From NCBI GenBank assembly GCA_018065645.1, contig JAGHSX010000132.1, forward strand, positions 1-51,158: a stretch of 51,158 bases of DNA. The letters run 5' to 3'. Position numbers and translations under genes: made by a program. The notes under the pieces are model-generated. The model was not told the DNA's origin. It made no database searches and saw only the letters and a list, made by a program, of their open reading frames with translations. Source of the DNA: Candidatus Scybalousia scybalohippi. Lineage in GTDB: Bacteria > Bacteroidota > Bacteroidia > Bacteroidales > P3. Shown in pieces: positions 51,098 through 51,158 of this stretch. The stretch's first letter is position 1, and every line of letters starts with the position of its first letter.

Positions 51098-51158
51098 TTT
51101 ATAACACTAATACGCATATCATCAAAAACCTCTATTCTTTGTATGATATATTTCTTTT

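Noticed and set aside
1-51158. CRISPR array, reverse transcriptase (retron/DGR), TnpB/IscB with omega RNA, or a classical toxin-antitoxin pair as the explanation for the non-coding blocks
   Set aside because: There are no regularly spaced direct repeats with unique spacers and no RT, RuvC-like or Cas-like ORF in the track. No ORF adjacent to the blocks is larger than 106 aa.

Overview
The window reads as a complete or near-complete ~51 kb low-GC dsDNA phage genome with a contractile tail (myovirus-type). It is probably a circularly permuted assembly, because the leftward early-gene arm is cut by both window edges and a partial ORF at position 1 closes in frame 8 codons into the right end.

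Layout:
- Leftward early arm: 4219 down to 1, continuing 51158 down to 49257. It holds many small ORFs and an unusually large ORF-free structured block.
- Rightward late operon (4.7-38.5 kb): terminase small and large subunits, portal, scaffold/protease, capsid, connectors, sheath, tube, frameshifted chaperone, tape measure and baseplate. These are followed by a first tail-fibre set, a lysis cassette, and a ~12 kb second fibre/receptor-binding arsenal interrupted by homing-endonuclease-like genes.
- Leftward replication operon (38.7-40.7 kb): DnaB helicase and a loader-like protein.
- Rightward middle/early arm (41.0-49.3 kb): FTR-like protein, RusA, ERF, a DUF736-like protein with an SSB tail, an XRE regulator, a metallophosphoesterase, a DNA methyltransferase and a Dps-like protein.

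By eye I found no integrase, CI-type repressor, reverse transcriptase, Cas or TnpB gene, tRNA or CRISPR array.

Observations most worth follow-up:
- ~1.9 kb (2.87-4.77 kb) with only two small genes. It contains a ~600 nt hairpin-dense, GC-enriched candidate large structured RNA, a ~220 nt structured leader, divergent consensus promoters and a short terminated transcript upstream of the late operon, reminiscent of lambda PR'/6S.
- Two tandem perfect-consensus promoters (38.5-38.75 kb) that produce only short terminated RNAs aimed antisense at dnaB.
- A 77-aa DUF736-like protein ending in a canonical SSB C-terminal tip (EDDEIPF).
- A lysis cassette with a unimolecular-spanin-like gene embedded inside the tail-fibre region. 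This argues for a diderm host that uses Firmicutes-style promoters and Shine-Dalgarno (SD) sites.
- A multi-fibre locus containing a triplicated domain protein, a Sec-exported Cys-rich protein and a BspA-type LRR protein.

All family names are assigned from motifs recalled from memory. No database search or RNA folding was run.
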